Source: an uncultured Methanosarcinales archaeon
GTDB lineage: Archaea; Nanobdellota; Nanobdellia; Woesearchaeales; DSVV01
DNA length: 58,741 nt
Assembly (NCBI GenBank): GCA_964593285.1
Contig: CAZQHZ010000008.1
Span: forward strand, 1-58,741
Direction: 5' to 3'
Shown: positions 40,368 through 50,561 of the stretch, piece by piece
Layout: every line of letters begins with the position of its first letter
How positions within the stretch are numbered: the first letter of the stretch is position 1
The notes under the pieces: model-generated
The model's input: the letters and a program-made list of their open reading frames with translations, nothing else
Told to the model about the DNA's origin: nothing
Databases searched by the model: none
Translations under genes and position numbers: made by a program

Positions 40368-40416
40368 TAAAAACTTTCTAAAATTTTATAAATACTTCTC
40401 TTTTTCTTACTTACTA

Positions 40417-41139
40417 ATGGTAAGAATCTTAGCAGTTTCTGATGAAGAAACATTATATAAAAAATCTTTCACTAACAAAAAATTCAAAAATATAGATATT
40501 TTAGTTAGTTGTGGCGATTTATCTCCAAGTTATCTTGAATATATTGTACACAAAACCATGCCAACCCATAGAATAATGATTCATGGTAATCATGATAATA
40601 TTTATTTTCCTCACAATTATGAACATAAATCAAAAGGATATTCAGATATTTTTAAGGGAATGCATGTTTTAAATAATGATTTTTATAAAATTGATAAAAA
40701 AGAATATAATCTAGATGAAAATTTGGTAATTGCAGGTTTTTATGGTGCAAATGCACACGGAAGTGAACCTTTTTTCTTAGATGAAAAAAAATTAAATTTC
40801 TTTGCTAAAAAAATGAAATTTAAAGATTTTTTTTTAAATTATAATTTACCCAAAATTATTTTATCTCATTGTGCACCAAATGTTAATAATTTATTTAAAA
40901 ATATAGATTCTTTCCATAAACCATCAAATGCACTAGGTGAAATTTATAATAACTTTCCCCCAAATTTATGGTTTTATGGTCATATTCATCCACGTTACAC
41001 TAAACAAAAACTTGATTTTAAAATTAATACAAATAATAAAAATACCTATATTTTAAATACTGTTCCATATAAAATAATTGATTATGATTTTAAATTAAAT
41101 AAAATAAAAATATTTCCAAAAAAAAACAAATATTTTTAA
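40417..41139 (+). CDS. calcineurin-like metallophosphoesterase
   Basis: AVSD, CGDL, HGNHD, SHCAP, GHIH. Confidence 0.9.
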   Translation: MVRILAVSDEETLYKKSFTNKKFKNIDILVSCGDLSPSYLEYIVHKTMPTHRIMIHGNHDNIYFPHNYEHKSKGYSDIFKGMHVLNNDFYKIDKKEYNLDENLVIAGFYGANAHGSEPFFLDEKKLNFFAKKMKFKDFFLNYNLPKIILSHCAPNVNNLFKNIDSFHKPSNALGEIYNNFPPNLWFYGHIHPRYTKQKLDFKINTNNKNTYILNTVPYKIIDYDFKLNKIKIFPKKNKYF

Positions 41140-41163
41140 AATAAATTTATTCCCAAAAAAAAA

Positions 41164-41976
41164 ATGTATGAGCAAATTTTAATAAAAGATCCAAAAGAGC
41201 CATATGAAAAGGCAAAAGCATTTGGAAAACAAGAAGTATTTTTAAAAAAATTATTTAGACAAAATTATATTCTTCCATCTCTTGAAAAAACTTTAAATAA
41301 TTATAATAACGATTTTGAAAAAAAATATTCATTTCAAGGTTTTATCGACCCAAAAATTTTATATGGTACTGTTTGCTCAAATAGAAGTTATGATTTCTCA
41401 AAAAATTTTTATCCAATAAAACCATTTAATCATGGTGATTTTGGTTGTAAATGGTTACATGTTTATAATAACATCCCAAAATGGATTGAATCTGGAAATA
41501 AAATTTTAGTTTATGAATTTTTGCATAAATTTTATGTAAAAGAAGGAAATAAACGTACAAGTGTTGCAAAATTCAAAAACCTTGCTGCAATTGATGCTTA
41601 TATCATAAGAATTATTCCAAAAAAATCAAATGATTGTAAAATTTTAGAATACAACAAATTTTTAGAATTTGAAAATAAAACAGGAATTAGTACCATTTGG
41701 TTTTCAAATGAGGATAAATATAATGAATTATATAAAATAATTAACTCATTTTCAAATAACACAAATACCACTAATAAAAATAAATATAACAATAAATACA
41801 ATTTTTTTGAAAAAGAAATTTACAATCCATTTTTAAAAAACTTTAGGAAATTAAAATTTCATGATTTTACATATGAAATTGGAGATATTTTTTTAGATTA
41901 TATAAATAAAATCGAAATAAATAACAAATTAAATGATAAAAAAATTACAAAAACAATTAAATCATGTTTAAAATAA
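41164..41976 (+). CDS. ParB/Srx-like domain protein
   Basis: GT...RSYDFSKNFYPI, KW, VYEF..KFYVKEGNKRTSVAK. Confidence 0.65.
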   Translation: MYEQILIKDPKEPYEKAKAFGKQEVFLKKLFRQNYILPSLEKTLNNYNNDFEKKYSFQGFIDPKILYGTVCSNRSYDFSKNFYPIKPFNHGDFGCKWLHVYNNIPKWIESGNKILVYEFLHKFYVKEGNKRTSVAKFKNLAAIDAYIIRIIPKKSNDCKILEYNKFLEFENKTGISTIWFSNEDKYNELYKIINSFSNNTNTTNKNKYNNKYNFFEKEIYNPFLKNFRKLKFHDFTYEIGDIFLDYINKIEINNKLNDKKITKTIKSCLK

Positions 41977-42174
41977 TTTTTTGCTTAAATTTCTATTTTT
42001 TTTACTTATGAGTTATTAATTTTATATTTATATTTTTCTCGTCGCTATTTTTTAAAAAAACACAAAAATTACTCTATTTTTCAAGCATTTCATTAATTGA
42101 GAATACAAATCTTTATATATAACTTACATCTAAGAATTTTAAATGAATTCTCAAAATGAGAGGGGTAGATAAAT

Positions 42175-42279
42175 TTGTTTGAAGAAGAATTTGAAGAACA
42201 ATATTTCTGTTGTGAAGAAGAAGATAAAGAAGTAGATAATTTTATGTACGATACATCTTTTGAAGATGTTGAAGAATAA
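42175..42279 (+). CDS. small acidic peptide (34 aa), not in ORF track
   Basis: RBS GAGGGGT, then TTG FEEEFEEQYFCCEEEDKEVDNFMYDTSFEDVEE. Confidence 0.4.
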   Translation: MFEEEFEEQYFCCEEEDKEVDNFMYDTSFEDVEE

Positions 42280-42298
42280 AATTTATGATTTATTTTTT

Positions 42299-42922
42299 TT
42301 ATTTTTTTATTTTTTTAATAATTTCATCAAAAATAATTTCTATTGCCCTTTCACCATCAACAACTATTGTTTTATTTTGTTCTTTATAATAATTTATAAC
42401 AGGTTTTGTTATTTCATGATATGTTTTAAGTCTTTCTTTAACAGTTTCTTCAACATCATCATCCCTTTGAATTAAATTTCCATCGCAAAACTTACATTTA
42501 TTATTAATATTATCAGTATTTACATTAAATATCTTACCACACTCTTCACATGTTCGTCTTCCAGAAATTCTTTTAATTGCTTCTTTATCAGAAATATCAA
42601 TTACAATCACACAATCAATATCAGTAAAAGCATCAAGTGATTTTGCTTGAATTAAATTTCGTGGAAAACCATCTAAAATAAAACCATTTTTACAAATATC
42701 TTCTTTAATTTTTGATTCAACTAATTTTACAGTTAATTCATCAGGAACAAGTTTTCCAAAATTAATATATTCTTGTGCTTTTTTCCCAAGTTCTGTTTCT
42801 TTTTTGATATTATCTCTAAAAATATCTCCAGTAGATATATGTAAAACATTTAATTTTTCAGAAAGCAATTTTGCTTGTGTTCCCTTGCCACTTCCCTGCG
42901 GTCCAATAATTATTAATTTCAT
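42299..42922 (-). CDS. adk: adenylate kinase (bacterial-type, zinc LID)
   Basis: GPQGSGKGTQA, HISTGD, LDGFPR, CEECG..CKFC, QRDDD; start at MKLIII. Confidence 0.95.
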   Translation of the reverse strand: MKLIIIGPQGSGKGTQAKLLSEKLNVLHISTGDIFRDNIKKETELGKKAQEYINFGKLVPDELTVKLVESKIKEDICKNGFILDGFPRNLIQAKSLDAFTDIDCVIVIDISDKEAIKRISGRRTCEECGKIFNVNTDNINNKCKFCDGNLIQRDDDVEETVKERLKTYHEITKPVINYYKEQNKTIVVDGERAIEIIFDEIIKKIKK

Positions 42923-42997
42923 AAAATGTAAAAAATAATTTTTCTTTAAATACTTTTTGCTATTCAAAATTAAATCTTTAAATCTAAATTAAAAATC

Positions 42998-43031
42998 TAT
43001 AATATAATATAATATAATATAATATAATATA
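42998..43031. repeat. (TATAA)n microsatellite
   Basis: about seven pentamer units in the intergenic region. Confidence 0.75.
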
Positions 43032-43089
43032 CTAAAAACAAATTTTATATGAAAATTATATCTAATAAAATTACTATTTTATAATGTGA

Positions 43090-43371
43090 TTATATTTTAT
43101 AATTTTTAAAGTAAGTAATATTATTTTTTTTATAACTTATTTTTTCTCTTTTAAAATCATCAATAAACTTATCTAAACATAATACATTATTTTCATAAAA
43201 ATCATTAATTTTAAAATCTTTTTTTAGTTTATTATCAGCCTTATAAACAAAATTTGAATTAATTGCATTAGAGTTGTTAATACAATAATCCTTAGATTTT
43301 TCATAGCCAAAATAAAATCCGGTACTAATTCCTAAAATAAAACCTAATATGAACTTACCCATTTTTTTCAC
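43090..43371 (-). CDS. small membrane-anchored hypothetical protein
   Basis: N-terminal TM FILGFILGISTGFYFG. Confidence 0.6.
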   Translation of the reverse strand: MKKMGKFILGFILGISTGFYFGYEKSKDYCINNSNAINSNFVYKADNKLKKDFKINDFYENNVLCLDKFIDDFKREKISYKKNNITYFKNYKI

Positions 43372-43374
43372 CCA

Positions 43375-43677
43375 CTATTTTCTATTATTTTTAAAATCAA
43401 GATAATAATCATACAATGTTTGCCTTCCTGTTTTTACTAATTTAGAATATATCTCCTCTGGAAATTCTTTTAATCCAATTATACATAAATCAGAAATTTC
43501 ATTTTTATATTTATTTGGATTTTCAATTAAATTTTCATCATTTAAATAAACTTTTTCTTCAATAAAATTTTCATTAACATACTTTGCTTGATATTTTTTA
43601 CCAGAATAAAAACCAAATAAAAAAGTTAATGATAATAATCCACTAACGCCAGCATATTTTAATTTATCATATTTCAT
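43375..43677 (-). CDS. small membrane-anchored hypothetical protein
   Basis: N-terminal TM GLLSLTFLFGFYSG; coupled to the previous gene. Confidence 0.6.
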   Translation of the reverse strand: MKYDKLKYAGVSGLLSLTFLFGFYSGKKYQAKYVNENFIEEKVYLNDENLIENPNKYKNEISDLCIIGLKEFPEEIYSKLVKTGRQTLYDYYLDFKNNRK

Positions 43678-43794
43678 AGAATAAATTAAGTAAATCTGCT
43701 TTATAAATTTATTTTAAAAATTATTGAAAATTTTTCATAAATTTTAGAAAAAATAACAAATAAATTAAAAAAAAATTAAAAAAATAAAAATATT

Positions 43795-44301
43795 TTAAAA
43801 AAACTTTAAAATTAATGAAACAGCACTTTTTGGTAAAATTTTTGCTACAGCACCTAAAATTTTTGATCCATCATTAATTATCACTTCAATTTCTTTTTCA
43901 TATGTTTTACTTATACCATTTTTTGTATAATCTATTTTAATATTTAAAATTGGTTTACCATTTGGTATCCAACCTTCAATTGGAATAGATATTTGTTCAA
44001 CAATTTCTGTATTTTTTTCATCAAATTTCAAATCATCTTCTAAGAATTTTTCAATCACAGCATTATATGATTTAACACTACTTTTAAGATCTATTTTTTC
44101 AATAGATGTGTTCTTTGGAATAATAAATTTAATGTTTAAATTTGTTTCTGGAACCAATTCTATCTGATTTGGTATTTCTTGTTCATTAATCAAAATTTTT
44201 AAATCGTTTGCAAAGCAAAATGGAATTAAAAACAAAACAAAGCTTAAAAGTAACACTAATTTTAAAAAATTATTTTTTTTCATTTTCACAAAAACCCCCA
44301 A
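43795..44301 (-). CDS. secreted hypothetical protein (beta-rich)
   Basis: signal peptide MKKNNFLKLVLLLSFVLFLIPFCFA; likely start at 44283. Confidence 0.7.
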   Translation of the reverse strand: MGVFVKMKKNNFLKLVLLLSFVLFLIPFCFANDLKILINEQEIPNQIELVPETNLNIKFIIPKNTSIEKIDLKSSVKSYNAVIEKFLEDDLKFDEKNTEIVEQISIPIEGWIPNGKPILNIKIDYTKNGISKTYEKEIEVIINDGSKILGAVAKILPKSAVSLILKFF

Positions 44302-44423
44302 AAAAATTATTTTATAAAATATATATTTTAGTTTATTTTAAAAATTTTTTTATTTTCTATTGTTTTTTAATAAATAATTATCAGTAAATTTTATAAACAA
44401 AGTATTCTTTTTAAATCTTTAAA

Positions 44424-45929
44424 ATGATATCGATTGAAGAACTATCAACTTTTTGTAAAAAAAAAGGTTTTGTATATCAAAGTTCAGAAATTTATGGTGG
44501 AATTTCTGGTTTTTTTGATTTTGGAAATTTGGGCGTTGAATTAAATAATAATATTAAATCATATTGGTGGAAAACCTTTGTTAAAAATAGAGATGACATT
44601 TTTGGAATGGATGGCTCAATTATAACAAATAGAAAAGTATGGGAAGCATCAGGCCATGTAGATAATTTTATGGATCTAATAATTACGTGCTCTAAATGCA
44701 ATGAAAAAATTAGGGCAGATCATTTTATTGAAGATACACTAAAAATTCCAACAGATGGGTTTAGTGCAGAAAAAATTAATGAACTAATTCTAAAAAATAA
44801 TTTAAAATGTTTTAAATGTGGTGGTAAATTTAAACAAGTAAATGATTTTAATTTAATGTTTAAAACAACAATTGGCCCAAAAAACAACAATGATAATATT
44901 TCATACCTACGGCCTGAAACTGCACAACTAATTTTCACAAATTTTAAATTAATTGCAGATAATAATAGAGCAAAACTTCCATTTGGAATCGCTCAAATCG
45001 GAAAAGCATTTAGAAACGAAATTTCACCAAGAGATTTTTTATTTAGAGCAAGAGAGTTTGAACAAATGGAAATAGAATATTTTATTCATCCAAATGACTT
45101 AGATAATTGCCCTTTTATTGAAGAATCTTTTAACACAACATTTAATGTGTTAACAGCAAAAATGCAATCTAATGATGAACATAATGCGGTTAAAATTTCT
45201 GCAAAAGATGCATTTTCAAAAAAATTAATAACACCTTGGCATATTTATTGGCTTCATCTAGCACTTTCTTTTTACACAAATCTTGGATGTAATCCAGACA
45301 ATTTTAGACTTAGGCAACATGTTGATAAAGAAAAAAGCCATTATGCTCTTGATACATGGGATGTTGAATATAAATTCCCATTTGGCTGGAAAGAATTAAC
45401 TGGTGCTGCAAATCGTACAGATTTTGATTTAAAACAACATATAAAACATTCAAAAAAAGATTTAAGTTTATTTGATGAAAATACGAAAAAAAAAATAATT
45501 CCATACGTTGTTGCAGAACCAAGTTTTGGTGTTGGAAGATGTATGACTGTTTTATTACTTGAAGCATATAATTATGATAAAGATAGAGATAATATTGTTT
45601 TAAAATTAGATCCATTAATTGCACCAATTAAATTTGCAGTATATCCTTTAGTAAATAAATTAAATGAAAATGCAAATAAATTATATAAAGAATTAAAAAC
45701 AATTGAAAATTGTATATATGATAAAAGTGGAAGTATTGGAAGGCGTTATGCAAGAGCTGATGAAATAGGAATTTTATATTGTATCACATATGATTTTGAT
45801 AGTATTAATGACAATTCTGTTACTATTCGATATAGAGATACTGGAGAACAAAAAAGGATAAAAATTAAAGATTTAAAAGAAAATTTAATAAAATTATTAA
45901 AAAAAGAAAAAAAATTTGATGAAATCTAA
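44424..45929 (+). CDS. glyS: glycyl-tRNA synthetase (alpha2 type)
   Basis: SEIYGG, WEASGH, YLRPETAQ, GKAFRNEISPR, REFEQME, EPSFG, SIGRRYAR. Confidence 0.97.
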   Translation: MISIEELSTFCKKKGFVYQSSEIYGGISGFFDFGNLGVELNNNIKSYWWKTFVKNRDDIFGMDGSIITNRKVWEASGHVDNFMDLIITCSKCNEKIRADHFIEDTLKIPTDGFSAEKINELILKNNLKCFKCGGKFKQVNDFNLMFKTTIGPKNNNDNISYLRPETAQLIFTNFKLIADNNRAKLPFGIAQIGKAFRNEISPRDFLFRAREFEQMEIEYFIHPNDLDNCPFIEESFNTTFNVLTAKMQSNDEHNAVKISAKDAFSKKLITPWHIYWLHLALSFYTNLGCNPDNFRLRQHVDKEKSHYALDTWDVEYKFPFGWKELTGAANRTDFDLKQHIKHSKKDLSLFDENTKKKIIPYVVAEPSFGVGRCMTVLLLEAYNYDKDRDNIVLKLDPLIAPIKFAVYPLVNKLNENANKLYKELKTIENCIYDKSGSIGRRYARADEIGILYCITYDFDSINDNSVTIRYRDTGEQKRIKIKDLKENLIKLLKKEKKFDEI

Positions 45930-46475
45930 TTAGTGAATTTTAGTTGAATTAACATAATTAATCAAATAATCAACTATTTTTATATTTCTTTCTGAATTAT
46001 CCTTTAATTGCCTTGCTCGTTTTAATAAATTAACTACTTTAAATTTATCATCATACTTTTTTGCAGTATAAGATTTTAAATCATCTATACATTTATCTGC
46101 AATCTTATAAGTGTCAACTATTTTTTCCTTGTTTTCTTTTGGAAAATTTAAATTAAATTGATATTCATCAAAAATTGAACAAATTTGTGATTCTCCATAA
46201 ATTAATTTTAAATGATTATGGTTTAATTTAACATCATCTTTATTAGAATTTTTATGTAAATAATTTGAGTACTCAAATAATGTATCTTCAACTATTTTTA
46301 ATGCACCATCATAATGTTTATCATTAAAAAATCTTTCTGCTTCACTAATGCACTGTTCAATTGAATTATTTGTTGCTTTAGAATAATTTTGATTATTTTT
46401 TAAAACATCTTTTTCTATTTTTTGATCAATTTTTTGTTTTAATTCAGGGTATTCCTCTAATACTAAAGTACACAT
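45930..46475 (-). CDS. hypothetical protein
   Basis: 181 aa ORF preceded by RBS GAGGTG. Confidence 0.7.
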   Translation of the reverse strand: MCTLVLEEYPELKQKIDQKIEKDVLKNNQNYSKATNNSIEQCISEAERFFNDKHYDGALKIVEDTLFEYSNYLHKNSNKDDVKLNHNHLKLIYGESQICSIFDEYQFNLNFPKENKEKIVDTYKIADKCIDDLKSYTAKKYDDKFKVVNLLKRARQLKDNSERNIKIVDYLINYVNSTKIH

Positions 46476-46652
46476 TTTTTTTACACCTCAAATTCTTATA
46501 TTTTAATATTTTAAAACTAAAAACTATATATATTTTTCTTATTTTAATAAGATATATTTAAACTTTTCGTTTATTTACTACTATACAGTGTTTAAAAACC
46601 ATAATACTTTAACACAACAAACTTTATAAAATATTTAATTTTCAAACATTTT

Positions 46653-46949
46653 ATGGAAATAAAAGACTTAAAACCAAAAACAGGAAATGTAACAATCGAG
46701 CTTGAGATTGTAAATAAAGAAGAACCACGAGAATTTGAAAAATTTGGAAGAGCTGGAAGGGTTTGTAATGCTATTGGAAAAGATGCTAATGATGCTCAAA
46801 TCAAAATAAGTTTATGGAATGACCAAATAGATCAAATCAAAGAAGGAGATAAAGTTTTATTTGAAAATGCTTATGTTAATGAATGGCAAGATCAATTACA
46901 ACTATCAACAGGTAAATTCGGCTCATTTAAAGTTGTTTCAAATCAATAA
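46653..46949 (+). CDS. single OB-fold ssDNA-binding protein (SSB/RPA-like)
   Basis: IKDLK, GRVCNA..KD, ISLWNDQ, ENAYVNEW..QLSTGKFG. Confidence 0.88.
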   Translation: MEIKDLKPKTGNVTIELEIVNKEEPREFEKFGRAGRVCNAIGKDANDAQIKISLWNDQIDQIKEGDKVLFENAYVNEWQDQLQLSTGKFGSFKVVSNQ

Positions 46950-46997
46950 TTTTTTTATTTATTTTTTAATTATTTAAAACTAATAGAGGTATTTAAA

Positions 46998-48407
46998 ATG
47001 CAAGAAAAAGAAGAATCTAAAAATAAAAATCTAGAAAAAAATTTATTTTACAAAAAAGAAAGTTCTTGGCTAAATTTTAGTGAAAATGAATTAAAAGAAA
47101 TTTTTGAATTAGCAACAGAATATAAATTATTTTTAGATAAATCAAAAACTGAAAGAACTTGTATTTTACATGTTGTTGATTATTTAAAAAAAAATAATTT
47201 CAAAGATTTAAATTCTTATAACTTAATAAAAAAAGGTGATAAATTCTATAAAATTATTAAAGATAAATGTGTAATTTGTGGCATTTGTGGTGAAAATTTA
47301 AATAATTTTAGATTAATTGGAAGCCATGTTGATTCACCAAGACTTGATTTAAAGCCAATGCCATTATATGAAGATTCAGAATTAGGATTACTTCAAAGCC
47401 ATTATTATGGTGGTATAAAAAAATATCATTGGGTTAATGTTCCATTATCATTAAATGGAGTGATTTTTACAAAAAATGGTCAAAAAATTACATTAAATAT
47501 AGGCGAAAATGAAAATGATCCAAAATTTATAATTCCAGATTTACTGCCACACTTAGCAAAAGAACAATTGAAAAAAGAAGCATCAAAAGTTATTGAAGGT
47601 GAAGAATTAAATATTATTTTTGGTCATATCCCAATTAAAGATGATGAAATAAAAGAAAAAATAAAATTAAACATTTTAAAAAAATTAAATGAAGAATATA
47701 ATTTAACTGAAGAAGATTTTGTCTTTGCAGAATTAGAATTTGTTCCAGCTCAAAAATCTTTTGATGTTGGTTTAGATAGAGGTTTAATTGGAGGATATGG
47801 TCATGATGATAGAAGCTGTGTATTTTCATCTCTAAAAGCAATATGTGATATTAATGAAGATCTAAAAAATACTGCAATTTCTCTATTTGTTGATAAAGAA
47901 GAAATAGGTTCAATTGGAGATACAGGTGCATCTAGTTTTATTTTATTAAATTTTGCTGATGAATATGTAAAAAAAGCAAATTTAGATATTAAACCAATTA
48001 CTATTTTAAAACAAACTAAATCTATTTCAGCAGATGTTACAGTTGCACTAGATCCAAATTTCTCATCAGTTAATGACCCAAAAAATTCATCTTATGTTGG
48101 AAGAGGAATTTCAATTGAAAAATATGGTGGTGCTGGTGGAAAATATCATACAAATGATGCACATGCTGAATATATGCAAGAAATTAGAGAAATTTTAGAT
48201 AAAAATAATATACAATGGCAAACTGGTGAACTTGGAAAAATAGATGTTGGTGGTGGTGGAACTATTGCCATGTTTATGTCAAGATATGGTATGGATTGTA
48301 TTGATGCAGGGCTTTGTGTTTTAGGTACACACTCGCCATGTGAAGTAATTTCAAAAGCAGATTTATATTCATCATACCAATTTTATAAAAAATTTTTTAA
48401 ATATTAA
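46998..48407 (+). CDS. M18 family aminopeptidase
   Basis: KTER, GSHVDSPRLDLKP, HYYGGIKKY, GHDDR, DKEEIGS, SADV, GGGGTIA, HSPCE. Confidence 0.93.
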   Translation: MQEKEESKNKNLEKNLFYKKESSWLNFSENELKEIFELATEYKLFLDKSKTERTCILHVVDYLKKNNFKDLNSYNLIKKGDKFYKIIKDKCVICGICGENLNNFRLIGSHVDSPRLDLKPMPLYEDSELGLLQSHYYGGIKKYHWVNVPLSLNGVIFTKNGQKITLNIGENENDPKFIIPDLLPHLAKEQLKKEASKVIEGEELNIIFGHIPIKDDEIKEKIKLNILKKLNEEYNLTEEDFVFAELEFVPAQKSFDVGLDRGLIGGYGHDDRSCVFSSLKAICDINEDLKNTAISLFVDKEEIGSIGDTGASSFILLNFADEYVKKANLDIKPITILKQTKSISADVTVALDPNFSSVNDPKNSSYVGRGISIEKYGGAGGKYHTNDAHAEYMQEIREILDKNNIQWQTGELGKIDVGGGGTIAMFMSRYGMDCIDAGLCVLGTHSPCEVISKADLYSSYQFYKKFFKY

Positions 48408-48925
48408 ATTTTTATAATACAATACATAAAATCTTCATTTGAATTTTCCCAATTTTTAATTTTTTTTTCATAAATAATATTGTATTTTTTAATAATTTTA
48501 TATGATGCATTTAATCTAAAATTTCCACTTACATATTCATATTTTTGTTCTATAGCTTTATTAACAAATTTTTCGAACAATTTATTTCCATATCCAAGGC
48601 CTTGAAAATATGGTAATACTAAAATATTATAAATATAAATTATTTTTTCTTTTTTAATTACACCATAATTATTTATTTTGATATCATTAATTGGGCTACA
48701 TCCAATAATATTTCCAACATAATTTTCATGATAAAATAAAATAAATGTAATTGAATTTTTTTCAAATATTATTTTTTTATAATCCGTAATTGAAGTTCTT
48801 AATTTTTTAGAATATATTTTTTCTGAATTTTTTATTAAATCTTTATATTCATTAAAATTTAACATATTAATTTGTATCAATTTTAAAGCATTATTCTCTT
48901 TTTTTTTTAAAATTAAATTTAACAT
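48404..48925 (-). CDS. GNAT family acetyltransferase
   Basis: YIYNILVLPYFQGLGYG acetyl-CoA binding motif. Confidence 0.82.
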   Translation of the reverse strand: MLNLILKKKENNALKLIQINMLNFNEYKDLIKNSEKIYSKKLRTSITDYKKIIFEKNSITFILFYHENYVGNIIGCSPINDIKINNYGVIKKEKIIYIYNILVLPYFQGLGYGNKLFEKFVNKAIEQKYEYVSGNFRLNASYKIIKKYNIIYEKKIKNWENSNEDFMYCIIKI

Positions 48926-48931
48926 ATTAAT

Positions 48932-50272
48932 TTATAATTCTCTTAAATATCCCCAGTTATGTAATTTATCTGAATCTTCAACCCATCTATCTCCAATATC
49001 ATATCTATAATACATGTGTGGTATATTTATCTGTTTAATTCTAGAATATGCTTGTTGTTTTGCTTGTTTCATAGTACTACCTATGCCACAAATAATTAAA
49101 ACAACACCAGATTCCCCAGTTACAACCCATTCCCCATTTACAAGTTTTACATCTTCAATATGTATTCCATGTGGTATTTTTCTTGTTTTAAAATAAATAA
49201 TTGAATCTTTTGATTTAACTTTAAAAGTTTCCGGGTCATTAAATGGAAATGGTGGAACTACTACTCTAACACCAATTTGAAATCCAGATCTTGTTTTTAA
49301 TTTAATTTTTTTTTTATTTGCAAGTTCATAAAAAAATTCCCCTATAGGGTTTATTATTCCTTCTTGCTGAATACTAATTGTTGGATATCCAAATCTTGCA
49401 GTAAATTCTAATGGATAAATCCCATTAGCATTAACAATACAATTAACATCAATATAACCAACATATTCTTCTTCTGCAAGTTTTTTTTCTAATTTTTTTA
49501 ATGTTAAATTAAATATTTTATTTGGATTAGACCAAAACATACTAGTTCCCATCTCCCCTGTTGACGGTCCAAGGTTTCCTGGAAACAATTTTTTATGTTC
49601 AAAATTTATATTAATTGGATAAATAAATTCATTACCATTAAAAAAAGCACCAACCGCAATCTCAACACCAGTTATTCTTTTTTGGAGTTGAATATCAACA
49701 ATTTTTTTAGGCCATGCAGATTTATAATCATTTAAAACTTGTATTACGTCTCTTCCATCATCTTCTTCACCAACAAATAAAAGACCCTTAATATTTTGAG
49801 CTTCGCCACTTGGTTTTATAACATATTTTGTTGGATTATTTTTTACATAATTAATCGCTTCATCAAAAGAATCAAATTCACTATAAGGAATAATTGAAAT
49901 TCCATGCTTTTTTAATTCTTCTTGCCCAAATGCTCTATCATCTTCAAGTTTATCAGTATAAGGAGTTCCACCAATTACAGCTTTTCCTTTATCCCGCAGT
50001 TCTTTTGCAATTTTTCCCATACCTAAAACATCATCAAAAATTATAACATCTGCCCAATCTATTTCATTTTCCCAATTATCAGTTTTTTGAATAAATCCAT
50101 CACCAACATCTTTATCTTTTAAATTTTTGGTATATAATTTAACATTATGTCCTTCTTTAGAAATAATCCATGCAATATCTGTAATTAATGAATCAAAAGT
50201 TACAAATAAAAAATTTTTAAATTCTATTTTATTATTAATATTATTTGTGTTAATTTTTTTATGATTTTCCAT
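48932..50272 (-). CDS. purD: phosphoribosylamine-glycine ligase-like ATP-grasp protein (divergent PurD)
   Basis: DKLEDDR, YVIKP, EHKKLFPGNLGPSTGEMG, LEFTARFGYP, YYRYDIG; canonical N-terminal GGREHA motif absent. Confidence 0.7.
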   Translation of the reverse strand: MENHKKINTNNINNKIEFKNFLFVTFDSLITDIAWIISKEGHNVKLYTKNLKDKDVGDGFIQKTDNWENEIDWADVIIFDDVLGMGKIAKELRDKGKAVIGGTPYTDKLEDDRAFGQEELKKHGISIIPYSEFDSFDEAINYVKNNPTKYVIKPSGEAQNIKGLLFVGEEDDGRDVIQVLNDYKSAWPKKIVDIQLQKRITGVEIAVGAFFNGNEFIYPININFEHKKLFPGNLGPSTGEMGTSMFWSNPNKIFNLTLKKLEKKLAEEEYVGYIDVNCIVNANGIYPLEFTARFGYPTISIQQEGIINPIGEFFYELANKKKIKLKTRSGFQIGVRVVVPPFPFNDPETFKVKSKDSIIYFKTRKIPHGIHIEDVKLVNGEWVVTGESGVVLIICGIGSTMKQAKQQAYSRIKQINIPHMYYRYDIGDRWVEDSDKLHNWGYLREL

Positions 50273-50561
50273 TTAAGTCAGAAAGGTCAATTATTTATTG
50301 ATATATTTAAATATTATGTTTTTTTATGACTTAGTATTCTTTAGTCATAATTTAGTTATATATTATTTTTATTATTATCATAAGTATTAGAACCAATAAT
50401 TCTAACAAAAATATTGCGATTACTTATAAGCATATAAAATTTTAAAAATGCTATACGCTTTATAAAATAAAAAACTAAATAATTTTAATTAAAATTTTTA
50501 ATAGTAATAAAATAAAAATAAGGGAAAGATATTTAAATGTAAAAGAATTAAATATATAAAA

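Noticed and set aside
50324..50350. Imperfect palindrome TTATGACT...AGTCATAA between divergent genes
   Set aside because: Single copy; possibly an operator but no supporting evidence
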